The notes under the pieces were generated by a model. That model had not been told where the DNA came from and ran no database searches. It worked only from the letters and a program-made list of their open reading frames with translations. 64,000 nucleotides of DNA from Macrostomum lignano (Eukaryota), in NCBI GenBank assembly GCA_002269645.1, contig NIVC01000206.1, forward strand, positions 248,001 to 312,000, written 5' to 3'. The translations under genes were made by a program, and so were the position numbers. Shown here piece after piece: positions 1-13,161 of the stretch. Position 1 is the stretch's first letter, and each line of letters starts with the position of its first letter.

Positions 1-154
1 GTAAGTACATGTACAGTACACGCCACGCCTTTTTGTTATTATTTTAGGGCGCGCCAGCATCTCTATGGCTAAATATCGTGAGTTACAACGCCGCAGCTCC
101 TTTAACTGGTGATGCCCAAACTGCAGTTTAGCGGACAATGAGGTTGCCGTAGTT

Positions 155-781
155 GCAGCGGATGAGGAACGTGAGCAGGTTGCTACAGCCAGCGAATCTG
201 AGGATGGAGCTGCAGCGGATGAGGAACGTGAGCAGGTTGCTACAGCCAGCGAATCTGAGGATGGAGCTGCAGCGGATGAGGAACGTGAGCAGGTTGCTAC
301 AGCCAGCGAATCTGAGGATGGAGCTGCAGCGGATGAGGAACGTGAGCAGGTTGCTACAGCCAGCGAATCTGAGGATGAAGCTGCAGCGGATGAGGAAAGT
401 GAGCAGGTTGCTACAGCCAGCGAATCTGAGGATGAAGCTGCAGCGGATGAGGAACGTGAGCAGGTTGCTACAGCCAGCGAATCTGAGGATGGAGCTGCAG
501 CGGATGAGGAACGTGAGCAGGTTGCTACAGCCAGCGAATCTGAGGATGAAGCTGCAGCGGATGAGGAAAGTGAGCAGGTTGCTACAGCCAGCGAATCTGA
601 GGATAGAGCTGCAGCGGATGAGGAACGTGAGCAGGTTGCTACAGCCAGCGAATCTGAGGATGAAGCTGCAGCGGATGAGGAAAGTGAGCAGGTTGCTACA
701 GCCAGCGAATCTGAGGATGGAGCTGCAGCGGATGAGGAAAGTGAGCAGGTTGCTACAGCCAGCGAATCTGAGGATGGAGCT
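155..781 (+). repeat. 57-bp minisatellite, about 11 copies, encoding (AADEEREQVATASESEDGA)n
   Basis: Unit starts at 155 and 212. The frame from 128 has no stop and runs into the ORF at 791. Confidence 0.95.
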
Positions 782-1239
782 GCCGCAAAGTTGCTCAAGT
801 TGCTGCCGCAACATAAATCTGCGGCACAGCTTACAGATGATGAGCGCGAACTCACTTCCTCGACGGTAGCGAACTTGCTGAATCCAACAAATCTAATTAG
901 AGCTGCAAACCGGTTTCGCGAAAGAGGACGGCCAGAGGAGCCTAGGGATTTAAACTTCCAACTGCAGTTGGAAGCCTTGCCCAACGGATTTCTCAGAAGT
1001 GGTGTCCAGGTTGAATTAGGAAGACGACACTTAGTATTTGCTACTAATCATCAGTTGACACTACTGAGTAGTGCCCACGACGGCCATTTGTGCAACTTTA
1101 CTCGATTCATGGCTTTCTCCGTGCTGAAGGACATCTGAAACAGGTAAGCATGCAATAGGTCAATATTACGATCGTACTCAGCTCTAATATACAGAATTCG
1201 AATCCCCGGAACTATTTTTGAATCCTGATGAATCATACA

Positions 1240-1580
1240 ACATCTCGTCTTCTCTCCACTCTCCTCTTTTCCTCGTCTCTCTCCTCTCTTCTCTCTTGTC
1301 TCTGCTCTCCTTTCTCCTCTTTCATCTCTGCTCTCATCTCTTCTCTATATTCTCTTCTTTCTACTTTTTTCTTTTTCCTCCCTCTCTCCTCTGTCATCCT
1401 ATATACTAAATCTATCTTCTATTATCTCTCCTCTCTTCTCTCATCTCTCATCTCTTCTCTCTTCTCTCCTAACATTTCTCTCCTCTCTCTTCTCACTACT
1501 CTCTCTGCCTCTTCTGTTCTCTCCTCTCTACTCTCTCTGCCTCTTCTATTCTCTCCTCTCTACTCTCTACTCTTCCACAT
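1240..1580 (+). repeat. CT-rich low-complexity tract in the MULE intron
   Basis: Degenerate ctctct sequence. Confidence 0.9.
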
Positions 1581-3339
1581 CTCGCCAAATAAGGGAAGGA
1601 GAGAGAGGCGGATGTTGGGGTGGCTGTCTCGATGACAAAAGCAGACTAACTTTAAAAGAGTTTAAAACACACACCCACTAACACACAGAGCTTTCATTTT
1701 TATACATAGGTATAGATTATACAATTATTGGATATAGGTTCTGAAGGTTTTTTCGTTGATCAGCTCACTTTGTACGTGATTATAGCTATATACATGTGTG
1801 TACTGTATCCATGTATTGCAATTCCGCCGTTTTAAACTAATGGCAGGTCCCATTAGCGTTTGTCCTAATGTCTGGAAGAAAAAAGCGCGACTACAAGGCA
1901 ATCCTGCGTGAAATTCGGAGACTAGTTCCTAACATGGACCCGACGAGTTTTGTCCTGGATTTTGAGCACTCTGTGTGGAAGGCGATCCGGAGGGTCTTCC
2001 CAACTGCTAGTGTTCGTGGCTGCAATTTTCACTGGACTCAAGCAGTTTGGCGCAAAGTCCAGAACATAGGGGACTTCAACAGTCCTATCAAGAAGATGAA
2101 GGCACGCAAAAGTTCGTCCGGAAAATTATGGCCTTGCCTTATTTGCCTGCGGACACTATTGTGGCAGCCTTTGACGAGCTTCGGTCAGAAAATGCCGTTG
2201 CAGCTGACGAACGTCTAGTTGAGCTCTGTAATTACGTTAGCAGCACCTGGCTAACTGAGGGCCATCAATGGACTCCAGGAGACGTTTCTGTATTTGGCCA
2301 GCCAATACGAACCAACAACAACAACGAAGCCTTAATCGCAAAGCGGGACGACGGAACCTGCACTTCTACCTGCTGGTCCAACTTATTTAGCTCGTATGAT
2401 GAGGCTGCCCTAGTACCTCTTCAATCCAATCTGCTATCTAGAGGTATGCTTTCTCGTGAACAACGGAAGACGTATGGAACTGTTCAGTCCCGTCTGTTCC
2501 GATAGTTCGATTCTGCAGTAACCGAACCGTACGACAGCTTCTTCGAGCCTGTGGTCGGCTGTGTAATCCCAAGTGATCGAACCCTCTCAGGACAATGGCC
2601 TGTGTGCTGGATGACGGCCACAGGCACAGAGCGGAATCTGTTGGACGGCCGCCTGTGCTAATGACGTTATAGCCATCTATATGTTAGCAAACAATTGAAA
2701 GTTATTAACCATCTTTCAATTCATAATATTTGCATGTATTGTTAATTATTTCGAATAGGATTCTTCTTCACTGCTATAGTTTATCGCCAATTGACAACTT
2801 CTGTACTTTCAACTTTCTGCTTTTCATTTTCGAAGACTATAATTGGCTGTTTTTTTCTGTTGTAAAACCCATTAAAATCCCCAATAATCACAAATCGCTA
2901 TGCCATGTATATTTTCATGTTTTAATATTCGGTATTTTGGAAATTAAGTCTATTTTCTTCTTTAAACTTAAAATAAGTGTACATGCATGTACGAAATGTC
3001 TGATTTTAACGTAACAATTAACAAACCAATGCCTTGTAGCTGTGAGCAAATATTTAACTAACTAACTATTAAAATATACTCATTAAAAATTATGCCTTTT
3101 TGACGTAAATTTCCTTGAATTTGCAATAATCAATAAGGCCCTAGACCTACAAGTCCTAAGCCCTTATTAACTTTCATAAAATAAATTGAAATAAATTTCA
3201 GTGTAGAGATATAACAAAGTCAGTGACGAAATCAACGCAAAAACAATAAAATACGCTCGTATGAAGAGTTTTGAGTACTACCTCTTGTTCATGAGCATGC
3301 ATATTATCTTACAAACAAAATTAACTTATATTTTTAAAA

Positions 3340-3418
3340 CGTGTCACCGAAACGTCCAAAATTGTCACCGAAAAGGCTGTCACCGAAACGTCTTGTCACC
3401 GAAATGTCCAGGGACCAA
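3340..3418. mobile_element. Probable right terminal region of the MULE element
   Basis: Four tandem gtcaccgaaa motifs ending gtcaccgaaatgtccagggacc, about 0.9 kb downstream of the transposase stop. The left end would lie outside the window. Confidence 0.45.
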
Positions 3419-4769
3419 TTTCTTTACCGTCTTTGCATTTTGCTTATATCTGCTTCCAAGGACCCCCCCCCCCCCCTACCGTGAATCCTGGCTACGCGCC
3501 TGCATATGGTTGTACGGGTGCAGCAGTGCTGAGAGGAGCAGAAACTCCTGGTAGCAATGGATTCGTTATTGCCTAAATATATAAAATATTGTGTTTTATT
3601 GCAGTTTGATTAATAATTTACTTACTGTTAGTCGGGAAAAATGCAGAATACTGCAGAGCCGTGGAATTAACGAACTTATTAATCCCAATTGCATGTGAAT
3701 GCCGCGCACGTGTGTAGTATAGCTCTGATCAAAGACCTCCCTTCAGGAAAAACTACGTGTATAATTACAGGGCACAGCACCGCTCATTACCAGTACATGC
3801 AATTGTCCTGCCTGGGCAAAACAGCGCTCTCAGCATTGACTAGACCTTATGTCTCGAGGCCTAAGCCTCGCACATAGGCCTAGTCTTTAATTCAGCCCTC
3901 AAATCTTTGTCCGCAATGACCGGGAGAGATCTCATACGTCTCATTAGTACTAATGGAGTCTCAGGCCGTGCACTTTTTCACAACTGGGTGATATACTATT
4001 GATACTTAGAATTTAATGAAATATGAATGACAGAAAATCTTAAAGTTAATGGCATCCGGCAGGCTTGGAAAAAACAATGTAAGTTGTTCGCACATACAGT
4101 ATATGATAGAATGTTATGAATGTATGCGATTTGTCGAGAAAATGGTTAAAATATGAGGATTTATTTTTGGGGTTACAAACAGCAAGGATAACTAAAATAC
4201 AAAAAAATGATGCTGACGTACAATCTGAACAGTGAACACCACAAAAGCGCAAGTCTTTATTGTTTATGGCTATTAGACCTTTTCTGCAATAATATTTTAG
4301 GTGTCTCATTTAATACAACGACAGTTAAGCAACACAACACGAGCAGTATATACTCGATTCAATAATTTACATTAGGATTCATAATTAATTAATTAATATC
4401 TTTACGCCTTCACCTTCGAAAGAATACAGAAACAATAAAACATAGCTGCAGCTATGCCAACAACACAGAGCCGCATTGTGCATTATGACAATAAATTAAT
4501 TATGAATAGAAAATAAATAAGCAATGCGGCAATCTTCAATGACAGGGCAATTCATGTCCTATAGGACTATAGTAAAGATGAAATAATAGAATTAATAAAT
4601 TAAAACACAGACATGAAGTTACATATAACACGAGCTGGCGAAATATCATAACGTCAAAATTTGTTGCTGTATTTTGAAGTACAGTTTGCAAGCGTTCTGA
4701 TTTTTTTCACCGCGGGTAATTCATATCCTCCCTAAAATATCAATAACTTTTAAGGGGCGCCAGCTATAG

Positions 4770-5560
4770 AGGGGGCACCAGCTACAGAGGGGGCGCCAGT
4801 TATAGAGGGGGCGCCAGTTACAGAGGGGCGCCATGCAGCTACAGAGGGGGGCGCCAGCTACAGAGGGGGGCGCCAGCTACAGAAGGGGGCGCCAGCTACA
4901 GAGGGGGGCGCCAGCTACACAGGGAGCGCAAGTTAGAGAGGGGGCGCCAGCTACAGACGGGGCGCCATGCAGCTACAGAGGGGGCGCCAGTTACAGAGGG
5001 GGCGCTAGTTACAGAGGGGGCGCTAGTTACAGAGGGGGCGCTAGTTACAGAGGGGGTGCCAGCTACAGACGGGGCGCCATGCAGCTACAGAGGGGGGCGC
5101 CAGTTACAGACGGGGCGCCATGCAGCTACAGAGGGGGCGCCAGTTACAGAGGGGGCGCTAGTTACAGAGGGGGCGCTAGTTACAGAGGGGGCGCTAGTTA
5201 CAGAGGGGGTGCCAGCTACAGACGGGGCGCATTCCGCTACAGAGGGGGGCGCCAGTTACAGACGGGGCGCCATGCAGCTACAGAGGGGGCGCCAATTATA
5301 GAGGGGGCGCCAGTTACAGATGGGGCGCCATGCAGCTACAGAGGGGGGCGCCAGTTACAGACGGGGCGCCATGCAGCTACAGAGGGGGGCGCCAGTTACA
5401 GACGGGGCGCCATGCAGTTACAAAGGGGGCGCCAGTTACAGAGGGGGGGGCAGTTACAGACGGGGCGCCATGCAGCTACAGAGGGGGCGCCAATTATGGA
5501 GGGGGCGCCAGTTACAGAGGGGGCGCCAGCTACAGACGGGGCGCGCCATGCAGCTACAGC
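4770..5560. repeat. GC-rich minisatellite, core ggggcgccag(c/t)tacaga, about 18-30 bp variants
   Basis: Direct inspection; explains the ORFs at 4833-5708. Confidence 0.95.
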
Positions 5561-5668
5561 GGGGGACAGAAGATTTTCATCTAAAATATGCAGCTGGCAA
5601 TTCTGGCACTCCCGTAAACCCCACTATACTGCATGCATGATAAAATCACAATCATTCTCGGCCGGCTT

Positions 5669-8600
5669 TCAACCTGATCTCCGACAGAAAAGCGTCTTAG
5701 CGGCGTAGCGCTGAAACACCCGGCTCAGACACCAGTAGAGGAAGGGGCAGGCGGCGCTGTGCAGGTAGACAAGAGCCTGCGAATAAGGATAGACGCTGGT
5801 GAGCACGGCTGCCAGATGCGGCCTATCCTGCAGCAGAAAATCCTGCAGCACAATAATCAGATCCTTGGGAAACCAACAGAAGAAGAACACGGCCACCAGT
5901 ACCACCACGGTGCGGACTGTTCGCTGCTGCAACACCCGGGCATGGTAGGCGGCCGTGGCGGCGGCGGCGGCGGCAGCGGGAGTCGGAGCCGGCCTGCAGT
6001 CCTCATCGTGCTGTCTGTCAATAAATGGCGTCTCAACGACTCTGAGCGACAGAGAAGCGACGGCCTCTGTAGCAGCCGATGGGGCCTGGATGGCGTGCCT
6101 CTGACGCTGCTGCTGCTGTTGTTGTTGTTGTTGTTGTTGTTGATGCCGGCCCCGCTGGGTCACCTGGTCAATGGGCCTACGGGAACGGTCTGACTGCAAC
6201 ATGGCACAGCCAGCCGTCAATGCCCCGCTCACCATAGGACAGGGGCCTTGCACCACCGCGTCGCCGCGTGAGTGTGCAGAGGGCATGTCGGTGAGCCTGC
6301 CACCAGGTCCACCAGGGTCAACCCCAGCAGAGGGGCCGGAATTCCAGCTTTCGTGTCCGTGGCCAACGGACCTTCCACCCCACGCCTGACAGTCCAGCAC
6401 TGGCGGCCAGCCCCGATGGGGTCTAGCCAGTGTCTGGAGCTGCTCGGAGGCCTGCTGGATGTGAGGCTGCTGCTGCTGTTGCTGCCCGCTGGCCAACCGA
6501 GCAAACTGGCGACTGATGAACCGGGCGGTGAACCCGTAGGAGAAGGCCAGGACAATGCACGGGGACAGGAACAGCATGAACAGAAAGTAGGCCGAGAACG
6601 CTTTCTGCACTGACTGACCGGTCGGGTAGCGCCGAAACTCCGAGCACAGGTACATCACTTGGCGGTTACCAATTTCGAACGGTAGAGTGGTCAGGTTTAC
6701 AATGTCCTTGACGAAGATTTCTTCAAGGGAGACGGCGAACAGGGCTGGGATGGAGGCCACAACGGCGCAAGCCCATATGGCCGCTGCCACCACGCGGTAA
6801 CCGCGCCCGCCGGCGGGGTCGGCGGAACAGCCCGATTGTCGAGGGCAGCGGCAGCGCTCTGGCGGGCTCGGACAATGGCGATAGAGGCCAGGGAGAAACT
6901 GTTCACGCTGAAGGCCAGGCCTAGAGCAGCACGGAGAAATAGCGTGCAATTAACCCAGCCATTCTAGCCCGCCCCCCTACACCGCAACCCCACAACCCAG
7001 AGATTCTAGCCCCCACCTCACATACACACACCGCAACCCCCAATTCCGTGCAATTAACCCAGCCATTCTAGCCCTCCACACCGCAACCCCCAATTCCGTG
7101 CAATTAACCCAGCCATTCTAGCCCTCCACACCGCAACCCCCAATTCCGTGCAATTAACCCAGCCATTCTAGCCCTCGACACCGCAACCCCCAATTCCGTG
7201 CAATTAACCCAGCCATTCTAGCCCTCCACACCGCAACCCCCAATTCCGTGCAATTAACCCAGCCATTCTAGCCCTCCACACCGCAACCCCAATTCCGTGC
7301 AATTAACCCAGCCATTCTAGCCCTCCACACCGCAACCCCCAATTCCGTGCAATTAACCCAGCCATTCTAGCCCTCCACACCGCAACCCCCAATTCCGTGC
7401 AATTAAACCCAGACATTCTGCCCCCCCCCCCCACACAGCAACTTCCAACCTTGTGCAATTAAACCCAGACATTCTGACCCCCACCCCACATACACACACC
7501 GCAACCCCCAATCCTGCGCAATTAAACCCAGACATTCTGACCCCCACCCCACATACACACACCGCAACCCCCAATCCTGTGCAATTAACCCAGCCATTAC
7601 GAGCTATAGCCCCGACAAACACACACCGCAACCCCCAAACCCCAATTTCCACCGCAAGCCAGATCGTCACAAGAATTGATATTTAAAATCAGAAACTAGT
7701 TCTACTACTACCATACGTAGCAAGCTTGGGATATCGAGATGTCAAGATTGCTCAATCGGCACTGAGTCTAATTAGTACTCGAGCCAAGAAAAAACTTCAG
7801 TGCTTGCAAATCAGGCTGTTCTCCACAGACGAGACGCTCTGATTTCATGCCTCATTAAGTCCTCCTTTTTCAACTTTTTCTAATCAGAACAGATCCCTGC
7901 GTGTCTCATTTACAATAAAAAGCTCCACGAGTTCTGCGCACATCTTGTAAAAATATTATAAAATATAAGAAGAGCTGAACTTGACATTGGAACTGAAAAA
8001 AGTCAAGTCAGAAATGTATTGAGACAAAAATTGGCACATCAATTTTGCTGGCTGAAAAGCCAGCTTATACCGAAATCGTGTATTGGCAATCGCTCTAGCT
8101 CACCCTTCCCGCAAATAGCTAGCAAGTTACATTGTCGGCTGATTTTCCATGCAAGAATGGCATTCTTGCACTCTTTTGCGTGCAGGAATGGATGTCTATG
8201 GTAAAATCTCACTGAAAAAGCATTAGGCGCAGAAATGCATTCCTGCACGGTTTTGTGCATTCCTGCACGATGAATCAGAATGAAAAAGCGATGCAACTCA
8301 ACCCCCCACCTTTCCCCCGGCACACACGCTGGCCAAGTTACCACAGGAACAAACTCACGTTGAGCCAATAGAAAAAATTAAAAAAAAATTAAAAAATCGG
8401 AGCATAACCTATTACTAATTTCCATTCGAACTACGCACATCCTTGGACTACCGAGAAATCTAGAAGACCGAAGACGAAAAATCTCACAAAATTTGTCCAA
8501 AAACAAAGAACGAATTTTTGTGATAAAGCCCACAAAAGAAATGGCTGCATTAAAATCGTCTGTGCTCACTACGACGACTGGTGGAAAAGGATGCCGTGTG

Positions 8601-9273
8601 GCTATGCCTAGCTAACGAAGACAAAAAAGCCAGAAATCGAACCACACTTTTGGTGTGTGAAAAATTGCAATTTAAACCCACCCGTGGCGAACCCACCACC
8701 CACAGTCACTTCAATTTTAACCCTTCCCGCAGCACACCCACCACCCCACAACCATATCATTTTAAACCCTCTCGCAGCGCACACCCACCACCCCACAACC
8801 ATATCATTTTAAACCCTCTCGCAGCGCACACCCACCACCCCACAACCATATCATTTTAAACCCTCTCGCAGCGCACACCCACCACCTCCTACAATCATTT
8901 CAATTTAAACCCCTTCCAGGGTGCACAACCACCACCCCACAGCCCAATACTCACCTTCAACAAACACAATCAATTTACAGCCGATTAGTCCCAAGTGCCA
9001 GCTGTGGTAGAAAAGGCGAACAGCCGAGATGGGGATGCAGAAACACGTGACTAGCAGATTCGAGCCCGCCAGATTAACCATTATGTATGATATGTGGCGT
9101 CGCAGGTCTCGATACCGGATGCTCAGGTAAAGAAACAGGCCGTTACCGCCAAGTGACAGGACGGAGATAAGCGCGTACAGCGCGATGAGAAACAGGTCAG
9201 ACATGTCCAGCTTCCGGAGCCCGGATATCCCGGCGCTAATGTACATTGTAACGTCATACTCGCTCTTGTTAGC
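5669..9273 (-). CDS. Class A (rhodopsin-like, peptide-receptor type) GPCR; exons 9273-8955 and 6920-5669; one frameshift near 6810-6840
   Basis: TM1 GN, TM2 NLAGSNLL, ECL1 WHLGLIGCK, split Gly codon g|gc across gtgagt..ctag, TM3 SVNSFSLASIAI, TM4 IW, TM6 FFFCWFP, TM7 CPFLY. An acceptor ttgcag before 9273 suggests a further upstream exon. It could be a pseudogene or an assembly indel. Confidence 0.85.
6950..7620. repeat. 50-bp intronic minisatellite in the GPCR intron
   Basis: Unit ccgcaacccccaattccgtgcaattaacccagccattctagccctccaca. Confidence 0.95.
8680..8940. repeat. 47-bp short tandem repeat next to the GPCR donor site
   Basis: accatatcattttaaaccctctcgcagcgcacacccaccaccccaca repeated. Confidence 0.85.
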
Positions 9274-9649
9274 CTGCAATTATTGGGCAAATTACCGCAA
9301 TGTAATTCAGATAAACCTAGCTTGGAGTATATTAAACAGTCTGCATTTAGAAGACTTACCGGATCGAAAGACATTGTCAGTTATCTATAGAATAAGTAGA
9401 ATGGGTCTCTGCTGTAAGAACCTTTTTGTGAGGAAAAAAGCTAGCCACTGCAGTTACGGCATCGAGGGTATTTATGAGCTCAAAAGATCCCATTGCGTGC
9501 CTGAGCGTTTCCAATTCGATGCCGCCAGATTGTCTGTCAGCCAATTGCTACGGCCTGAATAAGTTGTGGACCCTGCAGTCAGGGTGAACAAAGTAGACAC
9601 AGAAAGAGAAGATACAGGGAGACAATACACACGAGCCAAGAGACGGAGG

Positions 9650-10710
9650 GAGAATAGATGGAGAGAGAGTATAGATAGGGGGAGAATAGATGGGGAGAGA
9701 GTATAGATAGGGGGAGAATAGATGGGGAGAGAGTAGATAGGGGGAGAATAGATGGGGAGAGGGTATAAATAGGGGAGAATAGATGGGGAGAGAGTATAGA
9801 TAGGGGAGAATAGATGGGGAGAGAGTATAAATAGGGGAGAATAGATGGAGAGAGAGTATAAATAGGGGAGAATAGATGGGGAGAGAGTATAGATAGGGGA
9901 GAATAGATGGGGAGAGAGTATAAATAGGGGAGAATAGATGGGGAGAGAGTATAAATAGGGGAGAATAGATGGGGAGAGAGTATAGATAGGGGGAGAATAG
10001 ATGGAGAGAGAGTATAGATAGGGGGAGAATAGATGGAGAGAGAGTATAGATAGGGGGAGAATAGATGGAGAGAGAGTATAGATAGGGGGAGAATAGATGG
10101 AGAGAGAGTATAGATAGGGGGAGAATAGATGGGGAGAGAGTATAGATAGGGGGAGAATAGATGGAGAGAGAGTATAGATAGGGGGAGAATAGATGGAGAG
10201 AGAGTATAGATAGGGGGAGAATAGATGGGGAGAGAGTATAGATAGGGGAGAATAGATGGGGAGAGAGTATAAATAGGGGAGAATAGATGGGGAGAGAGTA
10301 TAGATAGGGGGAGAATAGATGGAGAGAGAGTATAGATAGGGGGAGAATAGATGGAGAGAGAGTATAGATAGGGGGAGAATAGATGGAGAGAGAGTATAGA
10401 TAGGGGGAGAATAGATGGAGAGAGAGTATAGATAGGGGGAGAATAGATGGGGAGAGAGTATAAATAGGGGGAGAATAGGTGGAGAGAGAGTATAGATAGG
10501 GAGAGAATAGATGGGGAGAGAGTATAGATAGGGGAGAATAGATGGGGAGAGAGTAAAGATAGGGGGAGAATAGATGGGGAGAGAGTATAGATAGGGGGAG
10601 AATAGATGGGGAGAGAGTATAGATAGGGGGAGAATAGATGGGGAGAGAGTATAGATAGGGGAGAATAGATGGGGAGAGAGTATAGATAGGGAGAGAATAG
10701 ATGGGGACAG
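9650..10710. repeat. Purine-rich minisatellite, about 32 bp
   Basis: gggggagaatagatggagagagagtatagata units. Confidence 0.95.
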
Positions 10711-11134
10711 AAGCGATCGATAGATGGGGATGAGGAAGATGGGGAGAGCTCATTCGAGCCTTGTATTCCTAATTCGTGTCGTAATTCGAATAATAATGAG
10801 CCCGGAAACTGATGACCGCATATTCGAGCAAGTGAAATATGCATAAATAGCTCGTATGCTTATAATTTTGTGCACAATTAAATGAAAAAGTTGATCAAGA
10901 GAAGAAACGACGAAATCCCATCTCCCCAGAGACATGTGATATATCAGCCGGAGCTAAGGCAGAGGGGTTCAGTGCCAGTGCACTGTTAAAAGAACTCGAA
11001 CAGACACTAGAAACCCCTATTTCCGATGAGTTCCGCACGAACTGGCACTAGCTAATGATACATCTGAGCGAAAATGGAGCTTCTGTGCTGAAACTGATGC
11101 GAGCTGTATTAATCCCTCTTGTATAGAATTGTAT

Positions 11135-11965
11135 AGAAATCTCTCCAGCATCTCTACAGCATCTCTTCGGCATCTCTTCAGCATCTCTCCAGCATCTCTC
11201 CAGCATCTCTCCAGCATCTCTACAGCATCTCTCCAGCATGTCTTCAGCATCTCTCCAGCATCTCCCAACATCTCTCCCAGCATCTCTCAACATCTCTCCA
11301 GCATCTGTCCAGCATCTCTCCAGCATCTCCAGCATCTCTCCAGCATATCTTCGGCATCTCTCCAGAATCTCTCCAGCATCTCTCCAGCATCTCCTCAGAA
11401 TCTCTTCGACATCATGTCTCCAGCATATACATATCCAGATTCATCCCGCAACTCTCCAACAACTTTCCAGCATCTCTTCGACATCATGTTTCCAGCATAT
11501 ATCCAGCATCTCTTCGGCATCGCTCCAGAATCTCTCCAGCATCTCTCTAGCATCTCTTCGGCATCTCTCCAGAATCTCTCCAGCATCTCTCCAGCATCTC
11601 CTCAGCATCTCTTCGACATCATGTCTCCAGCATATATCCAGATCCATCCGCAACTCTCCAACAACTGTCCAGCATCTCTTCGACATCATGTCTCCAGCAT
11701 ATATCCAGATCCATCCGCAACTCTCCAACAACTGTCCAGCATCTCTTCGACATCATGTCTCCAGCATATATCCAGATCCATCCCGCAACTCTCCAACAAC
11801 TGTCCAGCATCTCTTCGACATCATGTCTCCAGCATATATCCAGATCCATCCCGCAACTCTCCAACAACTGTCCAGCATCTCTTCGACATCATGTCTCCAG
11901 CATATATCCAGATCCATCCCGCAACTCTCCAACAACTTTCCAGCATCTCTTCGACATCATGTCTC
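11135..11965. repeat. Compound tandem repeat (11-bp ctccagcatct core merging into about 60-bp units)
   Basis: Direct inspection. Confidence 0.9.
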
Positions 11966-12907
11966 TTCTCATTTCCTGACCCTAAACACCATCTCGTCTT
12001 CCAGAAGAGTCTCTAGCATCAACGCTCTTCGTTGTATCATTTTGGAATGATTTTTTAGGGCTCCCACCAATGAGGCCTAGTTGTTCCACACATACAATGT
12101 CTGGATGTGTGACACAATACAACAGAGGACTCCTTTCGCTCTATGCCAGGATCCTCGGTCTAAAAAAGCATTTGGTTGCACTAAAAAAATTTTCACTGCA
12201 TCACTGCACCAAATCTATTAATCCCCAAGGCCCGGCTTGAATAGAAGAGAAAGACAGGTTTTAGTTGGAAAAAAACAACCAACGGACAATTAGATGGGGC
12301 AGGTGTGCGCCCTCGGGGGGAATAATATCTGTTGCCAAGGCTATAATCAGTCCAGCTTGCTCCACAAAAACAGCAGGCACGGCGCAGCTGTGGCTACGCG
12401 TGCATCTGAACAAGTGCAACGGACTCTGTAATAACGGCTTGGCTCGCTCAGGACTGCAGCTGCGAACAGACATTCACAGACTTGCTGCAGTGGCAAGCGG
12501 TCCCATCCGAACACGATAACACGAAACTATACAATCACGATCAGCATTGAGTAGCCTTCAATGATCAATTGTCTCGATGCTCCTCCGCAGATCCTCCAGT
12601 TTGTGCTCCTTCGTTTTCTAGCCATTTTCTGCGTTTCGTCCAGCAAACCACAGCGAAGCCTTTAATCTGGTGGCGTGGAAGTTCACAACGCCGAAAACAG
12701 AATGGGAAGGAGCGTGCAGAGATGTTATTAGGCGTTGTGATATGTAGGTCTTATGGAATCCAGCTGTTTCTCAGGATGACAGACGCGCATAAACTTACTG
12801 ACGAAAGGTAAAGGCAAGACTGCCGATCTTCAGACGATATGGCGTTGAGCTGACATCCAGCTGGCAGCTCTAAAGCCGAGCTTATAGGGCTTGCATGTCT
12901 AAATATA

Positions 12908-13161
12908 CACTGTAAGTCAAACGTGGCCACTAAAGAGCCACAAAGTGGCCCACTAGTGGCCGTATGTTAATGTGGCCGAATGGTAGCCAAACTCATTGTG
13001 GAAGGAAAAACCTTTTTTTCCTTGTCAGTTGCGAAAAAACTTCCCTAGAACGACTTAAGTGGCCGTACGGTAGACCTATTTTGAACTTTTTGGGCCACCA
13101 TTGGGCTACCTGCTTTTGGCCACCCTTCGGTCACTTTTTCGGCCACTTTTGATTTACAGTG
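12908..13161. mobile_element. 254-bp MITE with CACTG termini (CACTA/EnSpm-like), flanked by TA
   Basis: Left tacactgtaagtcaaa against right tttgatttacagtgta (15/16 inverted match including the TA flanks); repeated internal gtggcc/ggccac motifs. Confidence 0.75.

Larger units (their letters stand above)
127..2505 (+). pseudogene. Decayed Mutator-like (MULE) DDE transposase with an in-frame acidic 19-aa repeat at the N-terminus; exons about 127-1143 and 1847-2505
   Basis: Motifs RAANRFR..RPEEPRDLNF, RRHLVFAT, RPFVQLYSIHGF..KQ|VPLAFVLMSGRKKRDY, FVLDFE, GCNFHWTQA and RTNN are typical of MULE transposases. Intron gtaagc(1144)..gcag(1846). Frameshifts near 1078 (the expected WYxDGTF segment is missing) and near 2068. 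The window starts with a donor gtaagt, with a cag acceptor at 126. Confidence 0.85.

Noticed and set aside
3487-3503. tcctggctacgcgcctg, resembling a MITE terminus
   Set aside because: No matching partner end or TSD found in the window.
9548-12050. Long ORFs (401, 421, 295, 270 aa)
   Set aside because: Translations of minisatellites, open in several frames, with no splice or domain support.
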